64,000 bases of DNA from an uncultured Planctomycetota bacterium (GTDB lineage Bacteria; Planctomycetota; PUPC01), in the NCBI GenBank assembly GCA_964505325.1, contig CAZDHT010000001.1:10430-74429 (forward strand). Direction: 5' to 3'. Each line of letters starts with the position of its first letter. Within the stretch, counting starts at the first letter, position 1. Position numbers and translations under genes: made by a program. The notes under the pieces are model-generated. The model worked only from the letters and a program-made list of their open reading frames with translations, ran no database searches and was not told the origin of the DNA. Positions 19,111 through 37,556 of this stretch are shown here, in pieces.

Positions 19111-21144
19111 ATGAGAAGAATGCGCTGGGCCAGCATCGTGCTCGCGGTGTTGCTGGTGGCTGGGGTCGCGTCGATGGCCGCGGGACAAGGGGACGGATCC
19201 TCGTTCACCATCCAGCCGGACTACTCGTACAAAAGCATCCTGAAGGTGTACGATGAACTGAAGGCCCGCAACCAGCCGCAGTTCGTGACGACGGACGTGG
19301 TGCTCCACGCGGCTCACCTGCTGTTCGACGATTCGCTCCGCCTGATCGAGATCGACAAGCTGCATCCGCTGGCGACGGAGCTGACCTCGGCGATGGTCGG
19401 CTGGTGCCGGCAGAGCGACCTCCAGCTCGCCCGCGAGGTGAAGGCGTTCTTCTGTGTGCCGGCGAAGATCCTGGACCCGGACTTCAAGGTGCCCGCGGAC
19501 GTGGCGAAGGTGGTCGCCAAGGACCTCGCCCTCATCGAGAAGCACGAGGGCGGGCATATCTCGGGAACGCTGGCGAACTGCGAGGACTTCTCGCAGTACA
19601 TCCCGCGCGGCCACTACACGCGCAACGAGGCGTTCAAGCGCTATTTCATCGCGATGATGTGGTACGGACGGCGGATGTTCCGCCTCGAGGTGGCCCGGCC
19701 CGACTGCGCCCCGCTCCCCGCCGGCGTCGATCCCTGGACCTCCGGACACAAGCCGCGCGAGGCCAAGGCCGCGCTCCTCATCACCTGGATGCTCCACCAC
19801 GTCAAGGTCAACGGCGAACCGGCCATCAAGACGTGGGACAAGCTCTACATCCCCACCACGCTCTTCGCCGGGCGAACGGAAGATCTCAACCCGCACGAGG
19901 TCAGGGCGCTGGCCCAAAAGGTGTGGGGCGCGCTGCCGCTGCCGACGAAGCTCAACGATGGCGCCAAGCTGGCCGAGTTCATCCGGCTCGCGACCGCGTT
20001 CACCAAGCCCAAGATCGACTCGCTCGGCTCGGGCCGCAAGGGCTTTTGCTTCATGGCCCAACGGTTCACGCCCGACAGCTACATCACCCAGTGCCTGGTC
20101 ACCGACGCCGACCGCCCGTTCGGCTACGGCGTGCCCAGACATCCGCTCGTCTACACCGGCCCGAAGGACCCGCATCCGTTCACGTGGGGGCGGAATATCT
20201 ACATCGGGCCGCCCGAGCGGCGGTTCATGCCGCGCGGGCTGGACGTGATGGCGGTGTTCGGCTGCGAAGAGGCTCTCGGCATTCTCAAGGCCGAGGGCGA
20301 CACGGCCTACGACGGCTACGACAAGATGCTGGCGTTCCTTCGCAAGGACGTGGGCGCGATGATGAAGCAGCGCAAGGCCGAGAACCTGTACTACGCCTGG
20401 CTCTACGCGCTCCAGCCAATGATGAAGCCGCTCACCTCGAAGCATGTGCCGGGGTGCCTGCGGTCGAACGCCTGGCTGCGCAAGCAACTGGCCACGTCGC
20501 TTGCCTCGTGGGCCGAGCTGCGGCACGACACCATCCTGTACGTCAAGCAGAGCTACACACCGGCGCCGAGGGCGATGCGGCGTACGCCGCCGTGCTACCT
20601 CGAGCCGCAGCCGGAGGTGTTCCGGCGGATCGGGGCGATGGTCAAGAAGATGGAGACGGACCTCGCCGCGCTGGGCGTGCTGCCGGGGGTCCTGAAGGAC
20701 AAGTACGGCCAGTTCAACGGGCTGTGCGTGCAGCTTGCCGCCATTGCCGAGAAGGAGCTTGCCGGCAAGCCGCTCTCCGAGCGGGACTGGAGCGTGCTCG
20801 CCGGCACGGGCCGCTCGCTGCAGCGCATCACCCGCCTGCCCCCGGCGGTCAGCAAGAAGATCAAGTCGGAGACCGATTCGCACATGGCGCTGGTGGCCGA
20901 CGTGCACACGGATACCAACGCGAGCGTCGTCCTGGAGGAGGCGGTGGGCGCGCCGTTCCTGCTGACCGTGCGCATGCCCGTCAACGGGCGGACGGTTGCA
21001 CTGCGCGGCGCGGTCTTCTCGTACTACGAGTTCAAGCACCCGATGAAGGACCGCCTCACCGACGAGAAGTGGCAGACGGTCCTGGGCGACCCGCAGCAGC
21101 GCCCGGCGCTGCCAAAGTGGCTGCCCGTCATCCGGAACCGGTGA
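19111..21144 (+). CDS. large secreted protein of unknown function (possibly DUF3160-like)
   Basis: Cleavable signal peptide (MRRMRWASIVLAVLLVAGVASMAAGQ); 677 aa; no catalytic motif recognised. Confidence 0.5.
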   Translation: MRRMRWASIVLAVLLVAGVASMAAGQGDGSSFTIQPDYSYKSILKVYDELKARNQPQFVTTDVVLHAAHLLFDDSLRLIEIDKLHPLATELTSAMVGWCRQSDLQLAREVKAFFCVPAKILDPDFKVPADVAKVVAKDLALIEKHEGGHISGTLANCEDFSQYIPRGHYTRNEAFKRYFIAMMWYGRRMFRLEVARPDCAPLPAGVDPWTSGHKPREAKAALLITWMLHHVKVNGEPAIKTWDKLYIPTTLFAGRTEDLNPHEVRALAQKVWGALPLPTKLNDGAKLAEFIRLATAFTKPKIDSLGSGRKGFCFMAQRFTPDSYITQCLVTDADRPFGYGVPRHPLVYTGPKDPHPFTWGRNIYIGPPERRFMPRGLDVMAVFGCEEALGILKAEGDTAYDGYDKMLAFLRKDVGAMMKQRKAENLYYAWLYALQPMMKPLTSKHVPGCLRSNAWLRKQLATSLASWAELRHDTILYVKQSYTPAPRAMRRTPPCYLEPQPEVFRRIGAMVKKMETDLAALGVLPGVLKDKYGQFNGLCVQLAAIAEKELAGKPLSERDWSVLAGTGRSLQRITRLPPAVSKKIKSETDSHMALVADVHTDTNASVVLEEAVGAPFLLTVRMPVNGRTVALRGAVFSYYEFKHPMKDRLTDEKWQTVLGDPQQRPALPKWLPVIRNR

Positions 21145-21289
21145 GGGGACGAGTGCCAAGTACCCGCCCGCGCCACCGTTCAACCCTTCATCCGGAGGTT
21201 ATTTGGCATAGAATATGGAGCCCCCGGCCCAAGTCCTGCGGGGGCGAGACGAAAAACTTTTCCTTCCCTCAAAAAATCCCCAAAAAAAG

Positions 21290-21340
21290 CGGGTGATTTT
21301 TGTTTGACATGGGGCCAAAATGTGTTATAGTTCTCAATTC
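21290..21340 (+). promoter_or_regulatory. strong sigma70 promoter with A/T-rich UP element driving the tRNA-tuf operon
   Basis: TTGACA (21304-21309), 16 nt spacer, TATAGT (21326-21331); upstream CAAAAAATCCCCAAAAAAAGCGGGTGATTTTTG UP-like tract; first tRNA starts at 21361. Confidence 0.55.
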
Positions 21341-21360
21341 GCTACATTTGGCCACTTAAG

Positions 21361-21435
21361 GCCAGCGTAGCTCAACGGCAGAGCTTCCGCCTTGTAAGCG
21401 GAAGGTTGTGAGTTCGAATCTCACCGCTGGCTCCA
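21361..21435 (+). tRNA. tRNA-Thr (anticodon TGT)
   Basis: GCCAGCG acceptor stem, GCTCAACGG D-arm, anticodon loop CTTGTAA, GTTCGAATC T-arm, CCA encoded. Confidence 0.85.
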
Positions 21436-21570
21436 GCCTTCGCCGGCTAAGGCCAGCCAAGGTTAAGAGTTGTCTTTTGACAAGGTAGTCGCCCCGGAGG
21501 GCTGCGTGCAGTTCGCGGCGCGCCCGCCGTTTGCCGGCGGCGAAGTTGAGCGCGGGCGGAGCCGAGAGAC

Positions 21571-21655
<85 letters not shown>

Positions 21656-21679
21656 TTTAGCGTCTGGCGGGTCAGGGAC

Positions 21680-21753
21680 GCGGGCGTAGCTCAACGGTAG
21701 AGCCCCAGCCTTCCAAGCTGGCTGTGTGGGTTCGATTCCCATCGCCCGCTCCA
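21680..21753 (+). tRNA. tRNA-Gly (anticodon TCC)
   Basis: GCGGGCG acceptor, anticodon loop CTTCCAA, CCA encoded. Confidence 0.85.
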
Positions 21754-21765
21754 GGCAACCGGCAG

Positions 21766-21837
<72 letters not shown>

Positions 21838-21968
21838 CTCTCGAGGAAGTGGTTGAGTCGGCCGGCCGCTCGGCCCGCCGGCATTGATGATGAGAACCCG
21901 AGATCGGGTCCCGGCGTTCTGCGTGTGGCGCGCAAGCGGCGAGGGCCGGAGCGTGTGGAGGACAGAAG

Positions 21969-23171
<1,203 letters not shown>

Positions 23172-23175
23172 GTCT

Positions 23176-23325
23176 ATGCGACAGTACATCACGCTCGAAT
23201 GCACCGAGTGCAAGCACCAGAACTACCGGACGAGCAAGGAGACGCGCGGCAGCGGCCGGCTCGAGCTGAAGAAGTATTGCCGCTTCTGCCGGACGCATAC
23301 GCCGCACAAGGAACGCAGGAAGTAG
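23176..23325 (+). CDS. rpmG: 50S ribosomal protein L33 (Zn-ribbon form); absent from the ORF track because it is <60 aa
   Basis: Hand translation [49 protein letters not shown]; CxxC...CxxC L33 pattern. Confidence 0.8.
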   Translation: MRQYITLECTECKHQNYRTSKETRGSGRLELKKYCRFCRTHTPHKERRK

Positions 23326-23381
23326 AGCGCAAGTGGCCGGCCGGCGGCCGGTGGGGCGTCGGCCGGAGCCGATGCCCACAC

Positions 23382-23458
23382 AGGGCAGTAGCTCAATTTG
23401 GCAGAGCACCGGTCTCCAAAACCGGCGGTTAGGGGTTCGAGTCCCTTCTGCCCTGCCA
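23382..23458 (+). tRNA. tRNA-Trp (anticodon CCA)
   Basis: AGGGCAG acceptor, anticodon loop CTCCAAA, GTTCGAGTC T-arm, CCA encoded. Confidence 0.85.
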
Positions 23459-23497
23459 TGGCAGGGGCCGTTTTCGGCGCTCGGTTTGACGGCAACG

Positions 23498-23519
23498 CTT
23501 CAAATGGCTGAAGTGTCAC
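23498..23519. repeat. 22-nt hairpin motif CTTCA-aatggc-TGAAG-TGTCAC, site 2 (5' of secE)
   Basis: 20/22 identity with 12965-12986. Confidence 0.55.
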
Positions 23520-23539
23520 GTTTGAGGTAATGCTCGCCG

Positions 23540-23917
23540 ATGGAGTTCCAAGTCTACAAGAAGCAAGAGGGCATGTGGGCGCGGATGCCGCTAGCCATCG
23601 TCGGCGGGATCATCACGTTCTACGCGACCGACGCGGCGACGAAGTGGGACTTCTGGCCGAGCCGGCACATCTGGGCCGGAGTCGTGTTTGCCGCGCTCGC
23701 CGTCGCTACGGTGTTCATCGCCTTCTTCCATCGCAAGATGGGTGACATCCTGATCGAGACAGAGAGCGAGATGAGGAAGGTCGTGTGGCCCACCCGGGAA
23801 GAAGTTCAGGGCTCGACCATCGTGGTCATCGCCACGGTGGTCATCCTGGGGCTGTCCATTTTCGTGGTCGACGTCGGGCTCGCCGGTTTCCTGAGGGTGA
23901 TCGGCCTGTACCAATAG
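23540..23917 (+). CDS. secE: preprotein translocase subunit SecE
   Basis: TM helices plus the conserved KVVWPT motif; position between tRNA-Trp and nusG. Confidence 0.85.
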   Translation: MEFQVYKKQEGMWARMPLAIVGGIITFYATDAATKWDFWPSRHIWAGVVFAALAVATVFIAFFHRKMGDILIETESEMRKVVWPTREEVQGSTIVVIATVVILGLSIFVVDVGLAGFLRVIGLYQ

Positions 23918-23930
23918 CAGAGGGCTCAGC

Positions 23931-24458
23931 GTGAAACAGTGGTACGTGTTGCGGGTGCAGACCAACCGGGAGGAGACGGTGCGAGAGGGTCTGCTGACCC
24001 GCGTTCGCGCCGCCGGGCAGGACGACCACATCAACGGCATCCTCGTCCCCACAGAGAAGGTGTCGGAGATCAAAGGCGGCAAGCGCGTGATCTCGGAACG
24101 GAAGATCTACCCGGGCTACCTCTTCGTGGAGATGGAGTTGAACGAGGAGACGCTGGCGCTGGTGAAGAACTGTCCCGGCATCGGCGACTTCCTCGGCACC
24201 AGCGGCATCGCCGTGCCGCTCAGCGAGAGAGAGGTGGAAAAGGTCACCGCCGAGGCGGAGAGCAAGGAAGACACTCCGACCCTCAAGATCGATCTCGAGC
24301 CCGGCGACAACATCAAGATCGTCGAGGGCGCGTTCAAAAACTTCGATGGTACGGTGGACGAAGTGCTGGGCGACAAGGGTCTCCTCCGCGTCGTGGTGAC
24401 CATCTTCGGCCGCCCGACGCCCGTCGAGCTCGAATACTGGCAGGTCGAAAAGGCATAA
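23931..24458 (+). CDS. nusG: transcription termination/antitermination factor NusG
   Basis: NGN domain (WYVLRVQTNREE) and C-terminal KOW; GTG start. Confidence 0.9.
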   Translation: MKQWYVLRVQTNREETVREGLLTRVRAAGQDDHINGILVPTEKVSEIKGGKRVISERKIYPGYLFVEMELNEETLALVKNCPGIGDFLGTSGIAVPLSEREVEKVTAEAESKEDTPTLKIDLEPGDNIKIVEGAFKNFDGTVDEVLGDKGLLRVVVTIFGRPTPVELEYWQVEKA

Positions 24459-24498
24459 CGTCGGATGAATGGCCCCGGGTAAACACGGATAAACGCAA

Positions 24499-24924
24499 AT
24501 GGCGAAAGAAGTCGTCGAGGTCTTCAGGATGCAGGTGGTCGCGGGCCAGGCAACGCCCGCCCCCCCGGTCGGCGTCGCTCTGGGCCCAAGGAACGTCAAC
24601 CCGGGCGCGTTCTGCAAGGAGTTCAACGACCGCACGCGCGCCCTCCAGGGCACCACCGTCACCGTCGAGATGACGATCTACCGGGACCGGTCGTTCTCCT
24701 TCGAGGTGCTCGGCCCCCCGGCGTCGGCCCTGCTGAAGAAGGCGGCCAATATCGTCAAGGGGTCCAGCGTGCCGAACAAAGAGAAGGTCGCGCAGGTGAC
24801 CCGTTCCCAGATCGAGGCGATCGCCAAGGAGAAGATGAAGGATCTCAACACCAGGGATCTGGCGGCGGCGGTCGGGCAGTTGGAAGGCACCGCTCGCAGC
24901 ATGGGTATCGATATCGTCGACTAG
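24499..24924 (+). CDS. rplK: 50S ribosomal protein L11
   Basis: MAKEVVEVFRMQVVAGQATPAPPVGVALGPRNVNPGAFCKEFN... Confidence 0.95.
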   Translation: MAKEVVEVFRMQVVAGQATPAPPVGVALGPRNVNPGAFCKEFNDRTRALQGTTVTVEMTIYRDRSFSFEVLGPPASALLKKAANIVKGSSVPNKEKVAQVTRSQIEAIAKEKMKDLNTRDLAAAVGQLEGTARSMGIDIVD

Positions 24925-24939
24925 GGCCCCGAACATGAC

Positions 24940-25055
24940 GCCGGTGGGGCAGGCATTCCTGCCTGCCCGACGGCCGAGAGGAAGGGACTCCGCCGAAGCG
25001 GCTATGTCCCTCTCGCGAAGGCGGATGTCCGCCCTACCCTTTTGTTGGAGCGCCT
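24940..25055 (+). repeat. intergenic repeat element, copy C (palindrome GGCAGGCA-ttcc-TGCCTGCC, a ~45-nt insert, then the GATGTCCGCCC...TTTTGTTGGAGC module)
   Basis: Shares the 5' and 3' modules of copy A (12097-12185); lies between rplK and rplA. Confidence 0.65.
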
Positions 25056-25079
25056 GACTCGGGCGGCAGAGGACGCGGA

Positions 25080-25757
25080 ATGAAGAGAAGCAAACGGTAT
25101 CGCGCGGCGGAAGGGACGGTGAGCCGCGACAAGAGCTACCCGCTGGCCGAGGCCCTGAACGTGATCAAGTCGCAGCCCTCGGCCAAGTTCGACGAGACCA
25201 TCGAGATCGCGGTCAGCACCGGCCTCGACCCCAAGAAGCCCGATCAGTCGGTGCGCGGGACGATTTCGCTGCCCAAGGGCATCGGCAAGACGCTGCGGGT
25301 CATCGCGTTCTGCCCGGAGGACCAAGCGGAGGCGGCCAAGGCGGCGGGCGCCGTCGAGGCGGGCGGCGAGGAACTGGTGCAGAGGGTGAACGACGGGTGG
25401 CTCGACTTCGACGTGGCCATCGCCGCCCCGTCGATGATGCGGTTCGTCGGCCGGCTCGGCCGGCTCCTCGGCCCGAAAGGTCTGATGCCGGCGCCCAAGT
25501 CCGGCACGGTCACCGAGGACGTCCCGGCCGCAGTCAGCGAGTTCGCCGCCGGCAAGATCGAGTACCGCGTCGACGCCGGCGGCAACATCCACGCGCCGGT
25601 GGGAAAGAAATCTTTTCCCCCCGAGGATCTGACGGCGAACATCGAGGCACTCATCGACCAGATCCAGCGGTCGAAGCCGTCCACCGCCAAGGGCAAATAC
25701 ATCAAGAGAATCTGCCTGTCGTCCAGCATGGGACCAGGCGTCACGGTGGCAGTGTAG
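25080..25757 (+). CDS. rplA: 50S ribosomal protein L1
   Basis: Full-length L1 homology (KRYRAAEG...GKYIKRICLSSSMGPGVTV). Confidence 0.95.
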   Translation: MKRSKRYRAAEGTVSRDKSYPLAEALNVIKSQPSAKFDETIEIAVSTGLDPKKPDQSVRGTISLPKGIGKTLRVIAFCPEDQAEAAKAAGAVEAGGEELVQRVNDGWLDFDVAIAAPSMMRFVGRLGRLLGPKGLMPAPKSGTVTEDVPAAVSEFAAGKIEYRVDAGGNIHAPVGKKSFPPEDLTANIEALIDQIQRSKPSTAKGKYIKRICLSSSMGPGVTVAV

Positions 25758-25764
25758 GCAATTG

Positions 25765-25784
25765 CGGATTGTGGATTGCGGATT
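25765..25784 (+). promoter_or_regulatory. rplJ leader: tandem (C/T)GGATTG x3 repeat
   Basis: CGGATTGTGGATTGCGGATT; exact reverse complement of 27141-27159 in the rpoB leader. Confidence 0.5.
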
Positions 25785-25793
25785 TGTTGCGGG

Positions 25794-25813
25794 GTAACAC
25801 TTCAGCCAAGTGA
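25794..25813. repeat. 22-nt hairpin motif, site 3 (reverse orientation; 5' of rplJ)
   Basis: GTAACACTTCAGCCAAGTGA is the exact reverse complement of 12967-12986. Confidence 0.6.
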
Positions 25814-25838
25814 CCCGCAGCCCGAAATGGAGTCCTGA

Positions 25839-26396
25839 ATGCCCAGCAGGCTCAACAAGCTAGTCGTCGATGAGTTGAGCGCGAAGTTCCGCGAGGTGGA
25901 CACCTGCTTCTTTGTGGACTTCACCGGCTTGTCCGGCCGCAAGGCCGCCGACCTGCGTTACCAGATCCGCTCGGCCTGCGGAGGAGACACCACACTGACC
26001 GTCGTCAAGACATCGCTCGCCAGGCGGGCGCTCGCCCTGGCTGCCGACGGACAGGACCTTGCGGACGGGCCTGTGGGCGAATACCTGGAGGGGCCCACCG
26101 CGATCGCCTACGGCGCGGGTGACCCCGTGCTCCTCGCCCGGACCCTGGCGGACTGGGCCAGGAAAGAAGCGTCGATACGGTTCAAGGGCGGGTTACTGGT
26201 CGGCCGCCCGCTGGCGCCCGATGCCGTGGCCGAGCTGGCGAAGATCCCGCCCAAGCCCATTCTGATGGGGCACGTCGTCGGGATGATCGCCGCGCCGCTC
26301 ACCTCGCTGTTGAACGTCGGCAACGGGCTGATCCGCAAGCTCCTCGCCCTGTGCGATGCGTTGGCCAAGAAGAACTCCGAAGCGGATTCTGAGTGA
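25839..26396 (+). CDS. rplJ: 50S ribosomal protein L10
   Basis: L10 homology; preceded by an in-frame 3-codon uORF (ATGGAGTCCTGA) abutting the start. Confidence 0.9.
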   Translation: MPSRLNKLVVDELSAKFREVDTCFFVDFTGLSGRKAADLRYQIRSACGGDTTLTVVKTSLARRALALAADGQDLADGPVGEYLEGPTAIAYGAGDPVLLARTLADWARKEASIRFKGGLLVGRPLAPDAVAELAKIPPKPILMGHVVGMIAAPLTSLLNVGNGLIRKLLALCDALAKKNSEADSE

Positions 26397-26410
26397 AAGG
26401 AGAAGAGAGA

Positions 26411-26815
26411 ATGTCCGAAGCAACACCCGAACCGGCCGGCAAGGTGGCCGAAGCGCTCGAACTGATCTCGGGCATGACGGTTCTCGAATTGTCCGAGTTC
26501 GTCAAAGCCGCCGAGCAGAAGTTCGGCGTGACCGCCTCCGCACCGATGGCGGTGGCTGCGGGGCCCGGCGCCGCCGGCGCGGACGCCGCGGCAGCGGAGG
26601 AGAAGAGCATGTACGACGTCGTCCTCGTCGCCGCCGGAGACCAGAAGCTTCAGACGATCAAAGTCGTCCGGCAGCTCACCACGCTCGGCCTGAAAGACGC
26701 GAAGGCGCTGGTCGACAGCGCGCCCAAGCCGCTGGCGGAAGGCGCTTCGAAGGAAGAGGCCGACAAGATGGTGGCGGCGCTGGAAGAGGTCGGCGCCAAG
26801 GTCGAACTCAAGTGA
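26411..26815 (+). CDS. rplL: 50S ribosomal protein L7/L12
   Basis: Start chosen at MSEATPEP (AAGGAG RBS); Ala-rich hinge and C-terminal [41 protein letters not shown]. Confidence 0.9.
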   Translation: MSEATPEPAGKVAEALELISGMTVLELSEFVKAAEQKFGVTASAPMAVAAGPGAAGADAAAAEEKSMYDVVLVAAGDQKLQTIKVVRQLTTLGLKDAKALVDSAPKPLAEGASKEEADKMVAALEEVGAKVELK

Positions 26816-26884
26816 TTCTGGACTGTGCATTGCAGATCGCGCAGAGCTGATTCCGCAATCCGAGGTCCGCAGTGGAGTGCTGCC

Positions 26885-27109
26885 ATGAGGTTTTTCAAGA
26901 TCATCGTGGAGAAACACCTTGACGGCTACGTGGCATACCCGCTGGGACTGAAGGGAATTGTCGTCGGGCAAGGAGAAACCTACGAAGATGCTCTTTCCGA
27001 CGTAACGTCCGCAATCCGATTTCATGGCCAGACGTTCGGAAAGGAAGCATTGGAGGTAGAGCCGCGGATTGTTGAAGCCTTCGTCGCCGAAGCAGGGATA
27101 GAAGCTTGA
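26885..27109 (+). CDS. HicB-like (UPF0150 family) antitoxin-type small protein inserted between rplL and rpoB; no HicA partner
   Basis: MRFFKIIVEKHLDGYVAYPLGLKGIVVGQGETYEDALSDVTSAIRFH resembles the HicB/UPF0150 N-terminal fold; GC ~52% versus ~66% in neighbours. Confidence 0.5.
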   Translation: MRFFKIIVEKHLDGYVAYPLGLKGIVVGQGETYEDALSDVTSAIRFHGQTFGKEALEVEPRIVEAFVAEAGIEA

Positions 27110-27140
27110 TGGTTGTGGACGGCGGACGCGATCTGCTCAC

Positions 27141-27172
27141 GCAGCCTTGGATCCGCAATCCACAATCCGAAA
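27141..27172 (+). promoter_or_regulatory. rpoB leader: CAATCC/AATCC x3 repeat, complementary to the rplJ leader repeat
   Basis: ATCCGCAATCCACAATCCGAAATCCGAAATGG; 19-nt exact reverse complement of 25765-25784; a degenerate third copy at 26848-26879 upstream of the hicB-like gene. Confidence 0.5.
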
Positions 27173-27190
27173 TCCGAAATGGAGTGCGCA

Positions 27191-31603
<4,413 letters not shown>

Positions 31604-31693
31604 AGACCCAATGCGTGAATCCCGAGCCTCAACCGGCCACTCCTCCGCGCACGCCGGGGCGTGGCCTGTCGATATTTTCCTATGGAGGTGCTG

Positions 31694-36304
<4,611 letters not shown>

Positions 36305-36307
36305 GGA

Positions 36308-36392
36308 GCTCTGGCAAAGCGGTGGGGCGGAGGTCCCTGTCTGCCCGTGGCAGGCAAGAATGCCTGCCCCACCAGGGTCTTGACAGGCCCTT
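36308..36392 (-). repeat. intergenic repeat element, copy B (reverse orientation; palindrome GGCAGGCA-agaa-TGCCTGCC)
   Basis: Its reverse complement aligns at ~85-90% identity over ~85 nt with 12097-12185; lies between rpoC and rpsL. Confidence 0.7.
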
Positions 36393-36414
36393 AACGCAGA
36401 AAGGAGCAGAAACG

Positions 36415-36786
36415 TTGCCCACCATCAACCAACTGGTGCGGAAAGGGCGCAAGCAGACACGCAAGAAGAGCCGGCGCCCAGACTTGCAGAAGTGCCCCCA
36501 GCGGAAGGGCGTGTGTCTCCAGGTGATGACCCGCCCGCCCAAGAAGCCGAACTCCGCGCTCCGGAAGATCGCCCGCGTGCGGCTGACCAACGGCCGCGAG
36601 GTCACCGCCTACATCCCGGGCGAGGGGCACAACCTCCAGGAGCACTCCATCGTCCTCGTCCGCGGCGGCAGGGTGCGCGACCTGCCCGGAGTGCGCTATC
36701 ACGTGATCCGCGGAACGCTCGATGCCAGCGGCGTCGACGCGCGGCGGCGCAGCCGCTCGAAATACGGCACCAAGCGGCCGAAGTGA
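36415..36786 (+). CDS. rpsL: 30S ribosomal protein S12 (TTG start)
   Basis: (M)[12 protein letters not shown]...; AAGGAG RBS 8 nt upstream of TTG 36415. Confidence 0.9.
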   Translation: MPTINQLVRKGRKQTRKKSRRPDLQKCPQRKGVCLQVMTRPPKKPNSALRKIARVRLTNGREVTAYIPGEGHNLQEHSIVLVRGGRVRDLPGVRYHVIRGTLDASGVDARRRSRSKYGTKRPK

Positions 36787-36804
36787 GCAACGGAATTCGC
36801 CACT

Positions 36805-36919
36805 GATGAACACGGATGGACACTGATAAGAGCCTATCCAAGAAGGTGCGCTGGTCTTGTGGCACGGTTTTTGGATAGCCTCAGACAACAAATCCGTGTT
36901 TATCCGTGTTCATCCGTGG
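36805..36919 (+). promoter_or_regulatory. structured S12-S7 intercistronic leader: AACACGGAT at 36805-36819 pairs with tandem ATCCGTGTT repeats at 36892-36919
   Basis: 13-15 nt complementarity enclosing ~90 nt; ATCCGTGTT x2 + ATCCGTGG tandem immediately upstream of the rpsG RBS. Confidence 0.4.
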
Positions 36920-36946
36920 CTGGTCTCTGAGAACAAGGGGTTGGGA

Positions 36947-37420
36947 ATGGCGAAGAAATTTGCGTCGACCGAACGGTTCCTGAAGCCCGACGTCAAGTAC
37001 GACAACCGCCTCGCGGCGAAGTTCATCAACTGCATCATGCTGGACGGCAAGAAGAGCGTCGCGGAGCGGATCCTGTACCGCGCCCTCGACGTCATCGAAA
37101 AGCGCGTGCCCGACACGCCGCCGCTGGAAGTGTTCGAGAAGGCCATCGAGAACGTCAAGCCGCAGATCGAAGTGCGCTCCAAGCGGGTCGGCGGCGCCAC
37201 CTACCAAGTGCCCATACCCGTCACCACTAAGCGCCAACTCAGCCTCGCCATCCGCTGGATCCGAGACGCGGTGCGCAAGCGCTCGGGAAAAGCCATGTAT
37301 CTCATCCTGGCGGATGAACTCGTCGCGGCGTTCAACCGCGAGGGAGCCGCCGTCACCGTACGCGAAAACGTGCACAAGATGGCCGAGGCCAACAAGGCCT
37401 TCGCTCACTTCGCATGGTAA
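36947..37420 (+). CDS. rpsG: 30S ribosomal protein S7
   Basis: MAKKFASTERFLKPDVKYDNRLAAKFINCIMLDGKKSVAERI... Confidence 0.95.
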   Translation: MAKKFASTERFLKPDVKYDNRLAAKFINCIMLDGKKSVAERILYRALDVIEKRVPDTPPLEVFEKAIENVKPQIEVRSKRVGGATYQVPIPVTTKRQLSLAIRWIRDAVRKRSGKAMYLILADELVAAFNREGAAVTVRENVHKMAEANKAFAHFAW

Positions 37421-37556
37421 GATAAGACAGAAAACGACACCCCACGGGCCGATCGTCCCTGCCAGCCGGGACGGCCGGCTCGCGGCGCAAACAGAGAGAC
37501 CGGCGCATACGTCCCATCGGTCCTCTAGGACCTGTTAGGCAACTGCGGACCCGCTC

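Noticed and set aside
26818-27190. Complete HicAB toxin-antitoxin pair
   Set aside because: Only 67 nt and 80 nt flank the HicB-like ORF. There is no room for a HicA (~60-80 aa) on either strand, so it is called an orphan HicB-like gene only.
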